DNA of 64,000 bases, from positions 1,240,001 to 1,304,000 of the forward strand of contig CP154954.1 in NCBI GenBank assembly GCA_039621445.1. Reading direction: 5' to 3'. Made by a program: the position numbers and the translations under genes. The notes below the pieces were generated by a model, which searched no databases, had not been told where the DNA came from, and saw nothing but the letters and a program-made list of their open reading frames with translations. The DNA is from Euglena gracilis (taxonomy: Eukaryota). Shown here piece after piece: positions 41,601 through 52,570 of this stretch (position 1 is its first letter; each line of letters begins with the position of its first letter).

Positions 41601-44600
41601 GATTGGTAACGTGCAATTTCCTCTCTCTCTCTCCCCCCCCCCTCTCTCTCTGTCTGTCTTTCTTCCAAGACTCCAAGACTATCATCAAGACCAAGTCTTG
41701 ATGGTTTTCCAAAGCTTGCCCCGATGGGAGAGGTTGAAACAAAAACCATCATCTGGAAAATAATTCTGTGTACGTTTTTTTTTCCTGAAAATGTGGAATG
41801 TTTCTTTCCCAGACCGGTTGCTGTTTTACCTTTGCACGTTTTGATTATTTATATTTTTTCCCTGGTTCTTTGACAAGGTGCAATGCAAATGCATTTTTTA
41901 GTCGACCTCTCCCTCACACCAGTGGCCATTGCGTATTTGCTCTCCCCACGATCTGGAGCTCAAGCTGAGCGAACTTTTTCGAAAATAGGCCATATCTTAA
42001 CATCTGACGGTCTGAACATGAGTGATGATACTCTGCAAGCCTTAGTATTCATTTACCTGAACAAAGGATTGTTTGAAATCACTGGTTGAAACCCGATTCA
42101 TGGGCAACGCTTCGTGGATCCAACGTCTTTTTGTGCCCTTAGTTGCTTTGCTCTGATTCCCCCTTATTTGTGTGGGCGGGACCCCACCTCCAGTGTTCAA
42201 ATCCCGACAAATCCCGACAAATCCCAACAAATCCCGACAACACCACCAAAATCCCATGTGTCTGGAGGTGCTTGCCCGGGGGGTCCTTAAGAAATCCCCT
42301 GAATGAAAGAGGTTGCCATTTTTGCCCATGTTTGCCCTTTCTTGGCCATGTCTTTCCACGTTTTGGTCGTTTTTGCTGCTTTTGACTTTTCCCCCATCAT
42401 TTCTGCTCTTTGGTGCTGAGAAATGTATGTTTCTGTCAAAGAAGATGATAATTGAGTCTATTGTTTGTCGAAAAGTGTTGGCCATGTCGGACGGCAGTCT
42501 GAGCACCCTCACCGGCGTTTCATTAATGCATGCGTGTAGGTTTGGATGAGTTTCATAATTTGCTGGAAATGCTGATTTTCCGGCTGCTCAGCCCCCCCCC
42601 CCCACCTCATGTCTAATGAACCCCCCTGGCCAATGAACAGGGGGTGCCCGGTCCGTCCAGTTCATCATCTTTTGCAGCAATGCCATGCAAAATGCCCATG
42701 CAGCCCAAGCCCAAGTGAATCACCCCTGTCTTCATCGGGCTTGGGGGGGTACCGCACGCTGCTTCATTCCCTGCAGCACCCGCCAGGCTTCTTTTTTTAA
42801 TTTGGATGACCCCCAGGGAGGGCTGGACCCGTCCTGGACCGGAGCCCCCTCGTATGGGTTTTGCGCAAGGCGCCGGAGATTTTTTTGGAAATGGCCTCAG
42901 AAGGCCTGGATTTTTTGGCGGGGTGCAAGCACCTTCGGCGATGCAGGGCGATGCGGGGCGATACGGGGATTTTTTGGGATTTTGGATGGCCGAAGTGGGG
43001 TCTTTGGCCAAATTGGACGTTGGAAGGGAATATTGATTTGCATTTTATTTGTCATTTCCTCAGCAAACATGTCAAAAATCTCATGCATGTGTCTGCTCTG
43101 TGGCGGAATGGGAAATTTGGGCCCATACTGCTGGGTTTTCGGACATATCAGAAACGGCTCCTCTTGAAGATGCAGAGCAACAACCTGGTGCGTTCATGGT
43201 ATTGTAATGGGTTTTCATTCCTCATATCTCCAGGAAAGGTGTGTTGCACACTGTGTGCAGTGTATTTGGTGGCATCTGCTTCAAACATCAAGCAGCATTG
43301 TGTCGGCAGAACATTGCCGGGTGGTGTCTTCCTCGAAAGCCCGCATGCAAAGAAGCTACATGCCAGAAGTGTAACTGTTGCTGCTCCGATCACCGATCCT
43401 GTTCCTCTGGTTCCACCCAATATCATCATCAATGTATGTTGGTTTTTTTTAAAATCACCATCATTTTAACATTTGTTGGATTCTGAAGTCTATGTGGAGA
43501 AGGAAGAACCCAAACCAAAAAAAGCTAAAGGCAACCAATTTGGAGGTTTTTTGTGCGCAATATTCAAAGCAAGGAGAGTTCTTGAAGGATTTGGTTCTTG
43601 CCTTCACATCGTGCAACATCCCACTTGAAAAGTTGAAAGTTGGTGATGGTGGTGAAAAGATTTTGTTGCGACAATTTATTGAAAAGTACGTGAAGGTTGA
43701 TGGAGTCACGCGTCACATTCCCCAGCCCATCAATTTGAGGGGCAATTATTTGAAGAAGATAAGGGAGGATGGGGTGAAGAACTTGCGGGAGATCATTTCA
43801 TCATTTCATCTGGAAATTATTATGTGGTGTTGGAAAGCGATGAGACGGATGACCTGAGGCCTCAAAATTCTTACATTGTCACCATTGATGTCTCACTCAT
43901 TCGAAAGGTTGACACTCAGAATGATTCTGAGGTGCGCAAATTTCATATTCAATTTGAATTCCCTGAGAAAGTCAACAATGAAACCCTCAGCACCACCATC
44001 GACAAGGTGTGCATCAACTTCTTTAAAGTAAATGGTTAAGGTGCTGAATTTTGCAGGCTTTGCGTCACGTTCACATCCAGCCTTCTGATGTCATCTATTT
44101 TGAATTCATGCCCCACTGCAATGGGTTGTCCATTTACCAGCTGAATTTGGTTCTCCAGAAGGACTCTGGGGGAGTTTTCGATGTGTTGGGTGAAATCAAC
44201 AGGCATGTGATCCCGTAGGAGACACACCTCGTATCTGTTTTTTTCTAGGATTAAAAACACTCTTGAAGATCAAGCAAGGTTGTTGAACTGGCCTTCGGAG
44301 GTGGAGAACAAGATGAAAGCAATTAGTGCGAACACAGCCATTCAGTGTCAGAAGCATTTCAAGAACGCGTGCGAGGTGTGGGTGAGGTGGATTAGGCAAT
44401 TTGTTGGTCAAGACAGTCAAGGGGCCAGCAATCAACAGGGCAAAAGCTTTGGTCTCAACCAGGGCAGTCATTATGTGCTTCTTTCATTTGACAAATTCCT
44501 TTTCGAGCATTCTCGACATATTTTGTTTGCAACAGTGGAAAAGGTGCTCGAGTCACACATGTGAGGTTGGAAGGCCAAAAAAGTGCAGGTAATCGTTGGG

Positions 44601-46758
44601 AGGTGGTATTGGGGGTAGTTAGGGGTTAGGGGATTAGGGGACTAATTGCATTGCATTGTAGTAGAATATGGTTCCAAGGACCGCCCTTGTCTCGTTTGAC
44701 CCAAGCGGTTTGCAAACTGCCAAAGTCCTTCGTCGTCCATGAAGGAGGCGTTACCCATGGTGGACATTTCTGATTTTGAACGCTACCTCTGCCTCCCTGC
44801 CCAGTCTCCACCCCTGACCACCACCCAAGGGCGAGTCAATTGGTGGAAGCCACGCATTGCAGAGTTTCCAAATTTGGCTCCCCTTGCCATAGCATTCTAA
44901 TTGGCTCCACGATCTTCTTGCCAGGCCGAGCAAATATTTTCGCTGCTTGACCACCTCGGCTATGATGCTTTGTTTGGGGGATCCCCCTATCTCAAAAGGA
45001 AAAGGAAAAGTCATTGGGGATTTTCTAAAAAGCCAGCGGGGAGGGGGTCGAGCCTGCTGGCTGGTGAAAGGTGTTGTGTTGGCTGGAACCCCCACCCGGT
45101 AAGATGGTGCTGGTCGCTACATTGGTCAAAGTTGGCCACAACTTTGTGGATGTCATTTGGCCAAACTGATCAAATAAATGGCCATTTACCTCCCCCCCCC
45201 CCAAGCCCAATGAACGCCCCCAATGAACAGGGGGTGTTCGGACCGTCTAGATTGTCACCATATACTTTTTTTGCGTCGTCAAGGAAATATTCCTTTGTTG
45301 CTGTTGTGAGGATGCCAGTGATTCTGATTCAGGTCACGGTGTGGATTCCAGTCAGGCTTCCGGATTTGTGGGGGGTCGACCCCCCCCCACCCCCTGCATG
45401 GTGGGTGGGGGGTCGACCCCCTCTTCCCTTATTTCCGCCAATTTTTGGACCCGAAAAAAATTTTCCGACGCCTTCCGCGCTGGGTGTTTTTTTTTTGACC
45501 CATTTTGGGACCCATATGGGGGACCCCCAAAAACCACCCAAACCCCCATTTTTTTCACACCTTCCAAATATTCAATGTTTTCTCAAAATTTGATTTTGAG
45601 AGTTTTTTGAAGCAAAACATGCCATTGAAAGTCCAAAAAAATTCAAACAAAAAAAATGTCAGTAAAATTTGATTCTGCCAAAGAAAGAAATTTTTTTTCT
45701 GGCCAACATCCCCGTTTTCCCGAAATCGGTGAAAATGCTGTGGTGGGTGGGGGGGGGGGTCGACCCCCCCACCAGGCCTTCCCGTTCTGCCCTGGCGTGC
45801 ACTGTTTATGCACGTTTCAAGGCTGCGCTGAGAAGGTGACAGAATTAGTGAACACCCATGTCCAATGAACGCCCCCCGTTCGGACCGTCTAGATTGTCAC
45901 CTTAGTGTTCATTGGGCTTGGGGGGGGGAGGTACTGTTTTTGGGCTTGCCCCTTCCTATGGAAGCATCGTGGCCTTCCCATCCAAACGGATGACCGTTTG
46001 AATCTGTCTAATGACACATTTCAATCTCTGATGTTTGCGTACATCAACCATCACCTTTTCAACGTTTCCCCGTGAACCAAGGTCCCTCGCCGTTGCCATC
46101 CTTGGGGTTTGCGTGTTGCACAAGTGGCACGAACCAACTGTTCTCACACTAAAAGCATTTCGTGATTTTAGTGTTCATGTGACTTCCCAATGGGCAATTT
46201 TGGTCTTCGATTATAGGGCACCATTGGATGGCTCTAGGGCGATGCCGGGCGATGCGGGGCCCAAAGGGGTGGGTGACCGAAGGTGCTTGACAGGGTGTCA
46301 CGCCGGGCTGGGTGAGGGGGCAGGGTTTTTTGATTTTTCCTTGGGCCCCAGAGGTCGGTAAAAACCCCGCCAGATGCGGTTGTTTGGTTTCGGTGCGGAG
46401 CGCCGGAACATTTCTTTCCCCCAAAGTTCCCCAAAAGTGGGTACCGCAGACCCCCCACCCAGTCCTAAAAAAGTCCCTGTCGGGGGGCCCCCCAAAGGGG
46501 CTAAAACAGACACTGCTGCCCACCTGCCGCCCCCCCCCCCTCCACGCCGTCCACCTCCCCCAGCTGTGCCAGGCGCTGCGGGAGGCGGAGGACCGCCACC
46601 GGGAGGCGGACCAGGCGTTCGCGGCGGCCGCTGCCGACTCCGAGGAGCGAAAGGCGGCGAAGCGGGTAGTGGACGAGGCCCGGGCCGCCCTGGACCAGGC
46701 GAAGCGCGGCGGCTACCGGGCGCGGCAGAGCCTGTTCCAGGGCAGCCCGGACACCCCC

Positions 46759-46801
<43 letters not shown>

Positions 46802-49800
46802 TGTGTGGGTGGGTGGGTGGGTGGGTGGGTGGGTCCCCCTGGTGCGAGGTTTCAGCCCTGTACACCCTTTTCCGATCTTCCGCATAAAAAAGCAACCACA
46901 GAAATAAAGTTCGGCACACCACCGAAACTAGGCGGACGATCAGGTCTCATGCGCCTCACAAAAAAAAATACATATGTATGCCATGGAAAGCTTTCTGCTT
47001 TGGGAAATAAAACCAACCACAAACACCAAGCAAAATGCTGGAATATGAAATGATTATTCGCGATCCAGACATTCACACATTAATTTGCATTGCAGACATT
47101 TATTGTATGTTCAACAGCATTGGGGCATGTCTGCTTCGGTCAGGCATTAATTTGGACAAAAGAAAAGTGTTTGGCTCTTGTATTTGCAAGGAATGCAGAT
47201 GTGCATCACCAGCTCTGGTGGAAGCAGATTAGGCCTGGGCATCCCGACCCTGACCTTCTTCGATATCCACTGAACTCGCCGAGGGATGGAAGGGATTGGG
47301 AGATGGAGGTATTTTGATTTTGTCAGTGAAAGGGTAATGAAACGTTTTGGAGGCTTGCGAAAAGAGTCGACATGGCACGACTTGTGAAAAGGCCAAAATG
47401 GCAACCACATGCGTGGGCCCGCCCTCCACCCACACTGGCTCCCATTCACTCCGCAGAACGCCCCCCCCCAAAGCCAGGCGTGGCGGGGAGCACACCCACC
47501 TACCCACACTTTCCAGCGAAGTTGTTTGTTGTCGACTCAAGGTTGGGTTTTGTTTTGGTGTTTTTGAGGGGGTCCCAAAATCGGCCCAAAATTTTTGATG
47601 GGGTATCCAAAAATCAAAACTTTGGGCCTCCATCGATGATGAGAGAAAACCAATGGTCGACCATGTGAAGAACGTTGGCCCTTGCCATTAGTTCTGTTCC
47701 GAACGTCATGCTTTACGGCGCTTCGAAAGCAGCTCGTCAATCAAATTGAATCCCTTAAAATGCCCCGTGTGAGGGGTATTTGATTTCCCCGCAACTCCCT
47801 GACTGACCCAAGTTACAGCCATTTTTCGGCCCATTTTGGCGATTTTGTACAGTTTTGGCCTGTTTTGATTTAGCCGTTTTCGGCCAGTTTCGGGTTAAAA
47901 AGTCGAAAGAATTGAAAGAAATTTGCCCGAAACGATGTTTTTTGGCCTCCCAGACCCGGAAAACCTGTGTTTGAGGCCAAAATGGACGTTTTTTGAATCC
48001 CATGGAGTTTGGGTCAAAAATGGGTCAAAAAGGGCGAAAAATCGAAGGAAAAAACTGTCTGAAAAATGAGCGTTTTTCGACCCCCCAGCCCCCGTTTTTG
48101 GCACAAACTCATGGAGTGGTGGTTGCGAAATTGAAAATGTGGTTATAAGGGACACAATTGACAACCCCCTCAAACAATGCCTTCGCGGGACAACAGACAT
48201 TTGTTCACTTGCCATGATGAGGGCAAATCTGGTATTGAATTCCTGTCCACTGCTTTGTGGAATTTCTTGAAAGAAGCCATAAAGAAAGGGCTGTGTTGAC
48301 GAGAAATAAAATTTTTAAACCGGGGGTCCCAAAAATACAAATTTTTGGGGTTTGGGGGGGGTACCAAAAAAACAAAATTTGGGGGAGGGGCCAAAACCCA
48401 GAACCCAACCTTGCCTCACGCCTGTGCCAGGGGTGTCGGACCGGCTGTTCGCGGAGCTGGTAACGCTGCTGGACCGGGTGCTGCAGGAGGCGGTGCAGTT
48501 CATGGAGGACCGGGGCGACCCGGAGGCGGTGGTGCGGTTCCGGGTGGAGCGGTTTGAGGAGGACCTGGAGGTGAAGTTGTGGTCCATGGCCGACCCGGGC
48601 CGGTGTGTGAATGGCAGCGCGTCCTGCAACCGTCTCCTGCATCACACGTTCCTTTCAGGAGATGGTGTGGCCCAGCCCAGTTGTAGTAACACCCCCCAGG
48701 CCCCAACCAAAAGGCCAAATGGCCAAGTGGTGTTTTGGGGGGGCTCGTTGGGTTGTCAACCTGGTTCTTGTGCTCCCCCACAACTTGCCACTGGTTCCCT
48801 TTTTTTTTCCGGGGGCACCCCTGATTTACAGCTCACAGTTCTCCTCTTCACCTCCAGTGCCAAAGGAGGTTTCTCATGCAACGTGAGGTGATGGGGGGAT
48901 TTCGACCCCTCACCAGGTTTCCCCCCGGGTCTCAACCAGGCTTCTTTTAAGTCAGCAGACCCCCCCCCCGGGGGGTGGGTGGGTGGGTCCGGGGCCGGAA
49001 TCCCGGGGCCCCGGGGGGGGGGTGGGTGGGTCCGGGGCCGGAAGCCCGGGGGGGGGGGGGGGTCCCGCGCCGGCGGCGCCGGGTATACCTTTTTGGGACG
49101 AAGCGCCGAAAATTTTTGAAGATTGCTTTTAGCGGGCCTGATTTTGGGGGGTCCCCCCGGGGGGGGGAGGGGTCCCGCGCCACCCTGGGTGGGTGGGGGG
49201 GGTCCCCCCCCTCCCCCTCCCCCCGGGGTCTTAAAAAGAAGCCTGGTCTCAACGAGAGATGTTTGAGGAGGTCTCGGCCAGATCTTTCCCACCCAAACCC
49301 CCAAAACTGAACAAAAGGCCAATTTCTTTCCTGGTTCTTTGATTGTTTGAGGGTGTTTGTTGTGTCCACCCCTTTCCCCCGGGTGTGTTCAGACGTCAGA
49401 ACATGGAGCACGACGACGAAGGGGTGGCGCTTTTCCGGTTGAGCAATTGCCGAGGGCCTCCTGGGGAAAACGTTGTGTTTTGCTTCACAGGAGACGCCCC
49501 TTTCTGCCTTGTTTCTTCTCCCCCCTTCCGCTCTCGCTTTGGGCCCAACGTTTTTCTTTTTTTGGCGAATGGTGTCGCCAAACAGGTACCTTCAAAGTCA
49601 CAAGTACAAGAAAATGTGAAATGTCCCCCATACAGCCCTCCTGTCGTGCTCCGGATTGGGTCCGGAAGGTGGAGGTGCCAGAGGACACCCGCTCTTTCGC
49701 CGACGCCACCCTCCGCGATATGCTGGCCCGCTAGGCTGCGCAGGAGCCCCAGGCCGTTGCCTCTGGGCCACGTTTTTCGCATGCCCCCACGGTCGGCACG

Positions 49801-50664
49801 ACACTCCAGAAATTTTCGAACAAATAGGCAGAATCTTGGGAATCTGTTTTTTTTTTGAGTAGTTTTTCTTTGAGGTGCTTTGAAAAAAAAATGGAGCTCA
49901 AACCGTTGCGGGCTGCTGGGTGTCTGGCTCGCGAGCACACTGGGTCGGGTCCCACTCAAGTTCTCCGGGTCACGAAGCGCACAAGCGGTCCCCTTCCAAC
50001 CCCATCTGCTGCCGGTTGCCAGTCGGCCCGGGCCTGCCCCCACGGTTTAGCAGACCCGGGGAATTCCGGTGGACCAGGACCCCAAACCTCCGATGTGACC
50101 GATCGACACAACGCTGTTGCCTTTGGCCCCGCGTTCTCTCGGCAACGACCCGTCCCACACCGGGATGGGTTGAACCCGCCAGCCAAAAGGGCCGGAGGGG
50201 TCCCCCTCCCGTCCGGCAGGGGATTTCCGCATCATCAAACCCTCCCCTTGGGAGGGGGGGAGGGCGTGCCACCTTTCCCCAGAACCTGAATTGACCTCTC
50301 CCCACCCCAAAGCAGGGAACGGCATAACGACGATATCCAGGTTCGATGAGAGGAGGGTGTCACGACTTGAGGTGGGAAGGTGCCCCTCCTTGACCCTGGG
50401 GACCACCCAAATTGTTCATTTTTGGCCCAACCATTGTTTAGGGGCCCCCACCTGGAGGGGGGGGGGAGGGGTGGTCTGCAGACCAGACCCCCCCGCGAAG
50501 GGAGTTGGACGAACAACAGGCCCAGCAAGGTCTGGCTCTCTCTTCTCATGTGCCTTGCGCCAAGAAATTTGTTTTCAGGATTGACGAATGGGTTGCTTGT
50601 GTACGGGGCGGGCCAACCAATCCCTGCCCAAAGGGAGCACCGGTTCCCACCCCAGGATGACTGA
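7931..50664 (+). CDS. Large multi-exon nuclear gene (roughly 40+ short exons, possibly two genes); hypothetical protein with N-terminal SNase-like repeats; 5' end missing; 3' end uncertain (49734 or ~50584-50664)
   Basis: GC3-rich exons join in frame across GT-AG introns: 9265-9364/9715-9768, 11136-11223/14161-14255, 16186-16325/16677-16802/17230-17337, ~30982-31083/31576-, ~40324-40419/46564-46759/47199-47308, 48431-48602/49393-. Others join across nonconventional introns. A few single-base indels must be assumed. Confidence 0.75.
7975..8613. mobile_element. hAT-type MITE forming nonconventional intron 7972-8618
   Basis: Perfect 16-bp TIR CAGGGCAGAACGGGAA/TTCCCGTTCTGCCCTG. Flanks CACGCTGG/TCCGCAGG match 5/8. 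A related copy sharing the right end lies at ~45360-45794. Confidence 0.8.
9769..10247 (+). other. Euglenid nonconventional intron
   Basis: gtc|AATCAG...CTGACCCC|gaa has CAG at +4..+6 and CTG at -8..-6, no GT/AG. Removal gives in-frame [16 protein letters not shown]. Confidence 0.65.
10500..10914. mobile_element. MITE with poly-C/poly-G termini
   Basis: TIR Cn-TAGTCGTACGACC / GGTCATACGACTA-Gn, internal repeats GACCACCCCCCCGGTCACAGGTTGCAGG x4, flanks TG and TA. Confidence 0.7.
17654..18033 (+). other. Euglenid nonconventional intron
   Basis: cc|GTCCAGGGG...CTCCTGAGCCT|g fits N3-CAG/CTG-N5 with a terminal stem. Removal avoids a TGA and gives in-frame [19 protein letters not shown]. Confidence 0.6.
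27494..28749. mobile_element. Non-autonomous hAT element
   Basis: TIR CAGGCACCTATG/CATAGGTGCTTG, perfect 8-bp TSD ATCACGTG (27486-27493, 28750-28757), 10-bp subterminal arrays GCCGACCGCA at both ends, internal TTTTGGCC/GGCCAAAA foldback. Confidence 0.9.
31218..31287. repeat. (GATAT)n microsatellite
   Basis: About 14 perfect units. Confidence 0.95.
34830..35131. mobile_element. hAT-type MITE
   Basis: Ends CAGGGCGGTCTTTTAAG / CTTAAAGGTCGCTCTG. TSD AATGATGG/AATGGTGG (7/8). Confidence 0.8.
35554..35605. repeat. (GCT)n microsatellite, intronic
   Basis: About 17 units. Confidence 0.9.
40911..42301. mobile_element. hAT-type MITE hosting a nested hAT element
   Basis: Ends CTGGGGATTTCCTAA / TTAAGAAATCCCCTG. 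TSD AATGGAAG/AATGAAAG (7/8). CCAGCCAGC-rich subterminal repeats. Confidence 0.8.
41394..42274 (+). mobile_element. Internally deleted hAT element keeping the transposase C-terminal dimerisation domain (~41900-42089)
   Basis: TIR CAAGCACCTCCAG/CTGGAGGTGCTTG, flanks CCCGGGGGG on both sides, AAATCCCGAC subterminal arrays, peptide [50 protein letters not shown]. Confidence 0.88.
42926..46289 (+). mobile_element. Degenerate hAT DNA transposon with intron-containing transposase pseudogene
   Basis: TIR CAAGCACCTTCGG/CCGAAGGTGCTTG, TSD GCGGGGTG/ACAGGGTG (6/8), GGGCGATGC subterminal repeats. BED-like finger (KVCCTLC..IKQH..H, ~43230-43350), [25 protein letters not shown], catalytic-D region VLESDETDD (~43830), dimerisation domain [21 protein letters not shown]. 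Contains stops and frameshifts. Confidence 0.88.
45189..45931. mobile_element. TA-flanked MITE with C-rich/G-rich TIRs, nested in the hAT transposase insert
   Basis: TA|CCTCCCCCCCCCCCAAGCCCAATGAAC...GTTCATTGGGCTTGGGGGGGGGAGG|TA. Contains a fragment of the 7975-8613 family. A degenerate relative lies at ~42591-42750. Confidence 0.8.
48937..49245. mobile_element. Young hAT-type MITE (309 bp)
   Basis: CAGGCTTCTTTTAAG...CTTAAAAAGAAGCCTG with perfect 8-bp TSD GTCTCAAC (48929-48936, 49246-49253). Confidence 0.92.
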
Positions 50665-51689
50665 TGCCTTGGGGTCAAACTGCTGCTTATCTGCTCACCA
50701 ACAACCGAACGTCTTGCCGAACTATGGAGAGACATCTTCATCCTTTTTCCTCAACCACTGCGCAATTTCAACCCATCAAAATATTTTTTTGTTTGCTTTT
50801 TTTGGGGGGGAGGGAACTTTTAGAATGGCTCCGTCCCAGCCTTTTTTTTGAAGGGCAGAAAAATGTGGTCAACAGGGAGGGTCAGGTCCCTCCGCCCTGG
50901 TCACAGTTTTTTCCGGGACTATTGGAGTTACGTCCCCATTTTTCCGGAACGTAAGGCAACTGGAAAAAAGGGGGGCTGCGGAACTATTCCGCTGCGTAAG
51001 TGTGCGTGTGCCCTGGAACGTCGACCATTCGGGCCGCACTTCGAGATGGTGAGGTCCTGCTTTCCTTGACGGCTGTTCTGTTCTGGTGTGTTGTGTGCGT
51101 GTGGGGGATGCTTCTTAATGCTCTTTGTTGCCGGAGTTGGCTGACTCCTCATTCTGACCTTCGATCCTCAAGGAGGAGAAAGCACTTACTTCTACGAGCT
51201 CAAACTGGAGAGTTAGGGACTCCCACGTCAGAGGGAGGGGAGGAAGGGAAGGGAGCACAAGAAGATGGTGAGGTCCTGCTTTCCTTGCCGGCTGTTCTGC
51301 TCTGGTGTGTTTGTGCGTGCGCGGGGGGTGCTTCTTACTGCGCCTTTGTTGCCGGAGTTGGCGATGATGAGGCCTCCTCCGACACCTTGGCGAAGCTGAA
51401 CCGCCGTGGACCCGCCCCCCCCTCTTCCATGGCGCGCTTGGTGGGCCCCCCCCCATGATGGGGATGGTGGTCTCTTTCTGTGTTTCTGGGTGGGTGGTTG
51501 GGGCTGCTTGGTTGGGGGTCCCTTTTCTGGTTGGGATGTTTTTCTTTTTCTGCTGGATTTTTGGGTGGGGGGGTGGGCTCACCATCTTCTTGTGCTTCGC
51601 CCTCTTGGTCCCTTCCTCCCCCTTCCTCTGTCGTGGGAGTCCGAGACCATTCGGGCTCCGCACTGCGAGATGGTGAGGTACTGTGCACC

Positions 51690-52570
51690 CCTTTTTGGGC
51701 CATAATTGTTTGAATTTTTGAAACGACTCCCAGCCTCAAATAATGAGCTTGGAAGGCCCCAAAATTTTTCCACTGACCCAGCTGCTGGACTTCTTCCACT
51801 TGCAACCCAGCATTTTTCCACCATAAAACCCCAGCCCCTCTGGTGCTGTGGGGTTTCCAGTGGGTGGTGTCCACCCCCCCCCCTCTTGCAGAATTTCTTT
51901 GGTAAGGGAATTCACTCTTTCTGATGTCAAAGGTCGTTTACCATCCAAAGACCATAACAAATTATTCTTGTGCCCAACCATGTGGGCTGTCCTTTCCACA
52001 TACTCTTTCAATAAATGCCATGGGCTTATGAGGGGGGTGTGTGGCAAACTCAAAACTTCCTCCCATCTTGGGAATTGCCACCCTTTTCTTTGCAATAAAA
52101 TGAAAATTTTTTCTCCCACGAAACTGATTTTTCGCTGTGTCCTGGCTAAATCAACCCCCCTGTGGAGGGCCAAAAGCCTCCAACAAATGATGAGTCTGTT
52201 TCTGAGCTCTTTCACAGAGAGTTCTGAGAGGGGTCTTGATTGTCTGATGATGTTGTTTAGAAAATCAGTGGGTTCCCAGAAATGGGCATACTTGCAGACA
52301 TTGGAATTCCATTTCCTTTTCAATGGAGACAAAAGAGGGGAAAACCTCAATGACCCAAACCCTGGGAGTAATAAAACTGCTGCATATGCATTTCGTGCAG
52401 TGTTGAGGCTGTGAACAGCCAAATCAAGGATGGCCTCGGCCATCTTGTGGACTGTGCAGTCCTGCAGGGGCACCCCTTTGTGCAACAATTGGCCCACCAA
52501 TGTCCTGAAGGCTGAATCAAATCTCTTGACATTTCCCAGATTTTTTATGTAAGTGTCGATACTGGACATC
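51690..52570 (-). CDS. Tyrosine recombinase (one frameshift in the C-run at ~51880)
   Basis: LALHRGVDL (Arg), KPHSTRGAG (HxxR), LGQW, AFQAHYLRL (Tyr), split between ORFs 51736..53505 and 51335..51874. Confidence 0.88.

Noticed and set aside
44612-44640. Telomere-like TTAGGGG repeats
   Set aside because: Only about three degenerate units inside a transposon, with no sign of a chromosome end.
49732-49734. TAG as the definite end of the large gene
   Set aside because: It could be the +4..+6 triplet of another nonconventional intron, since exon-like blocks continue to ~50660. Unresolved without cDNA.
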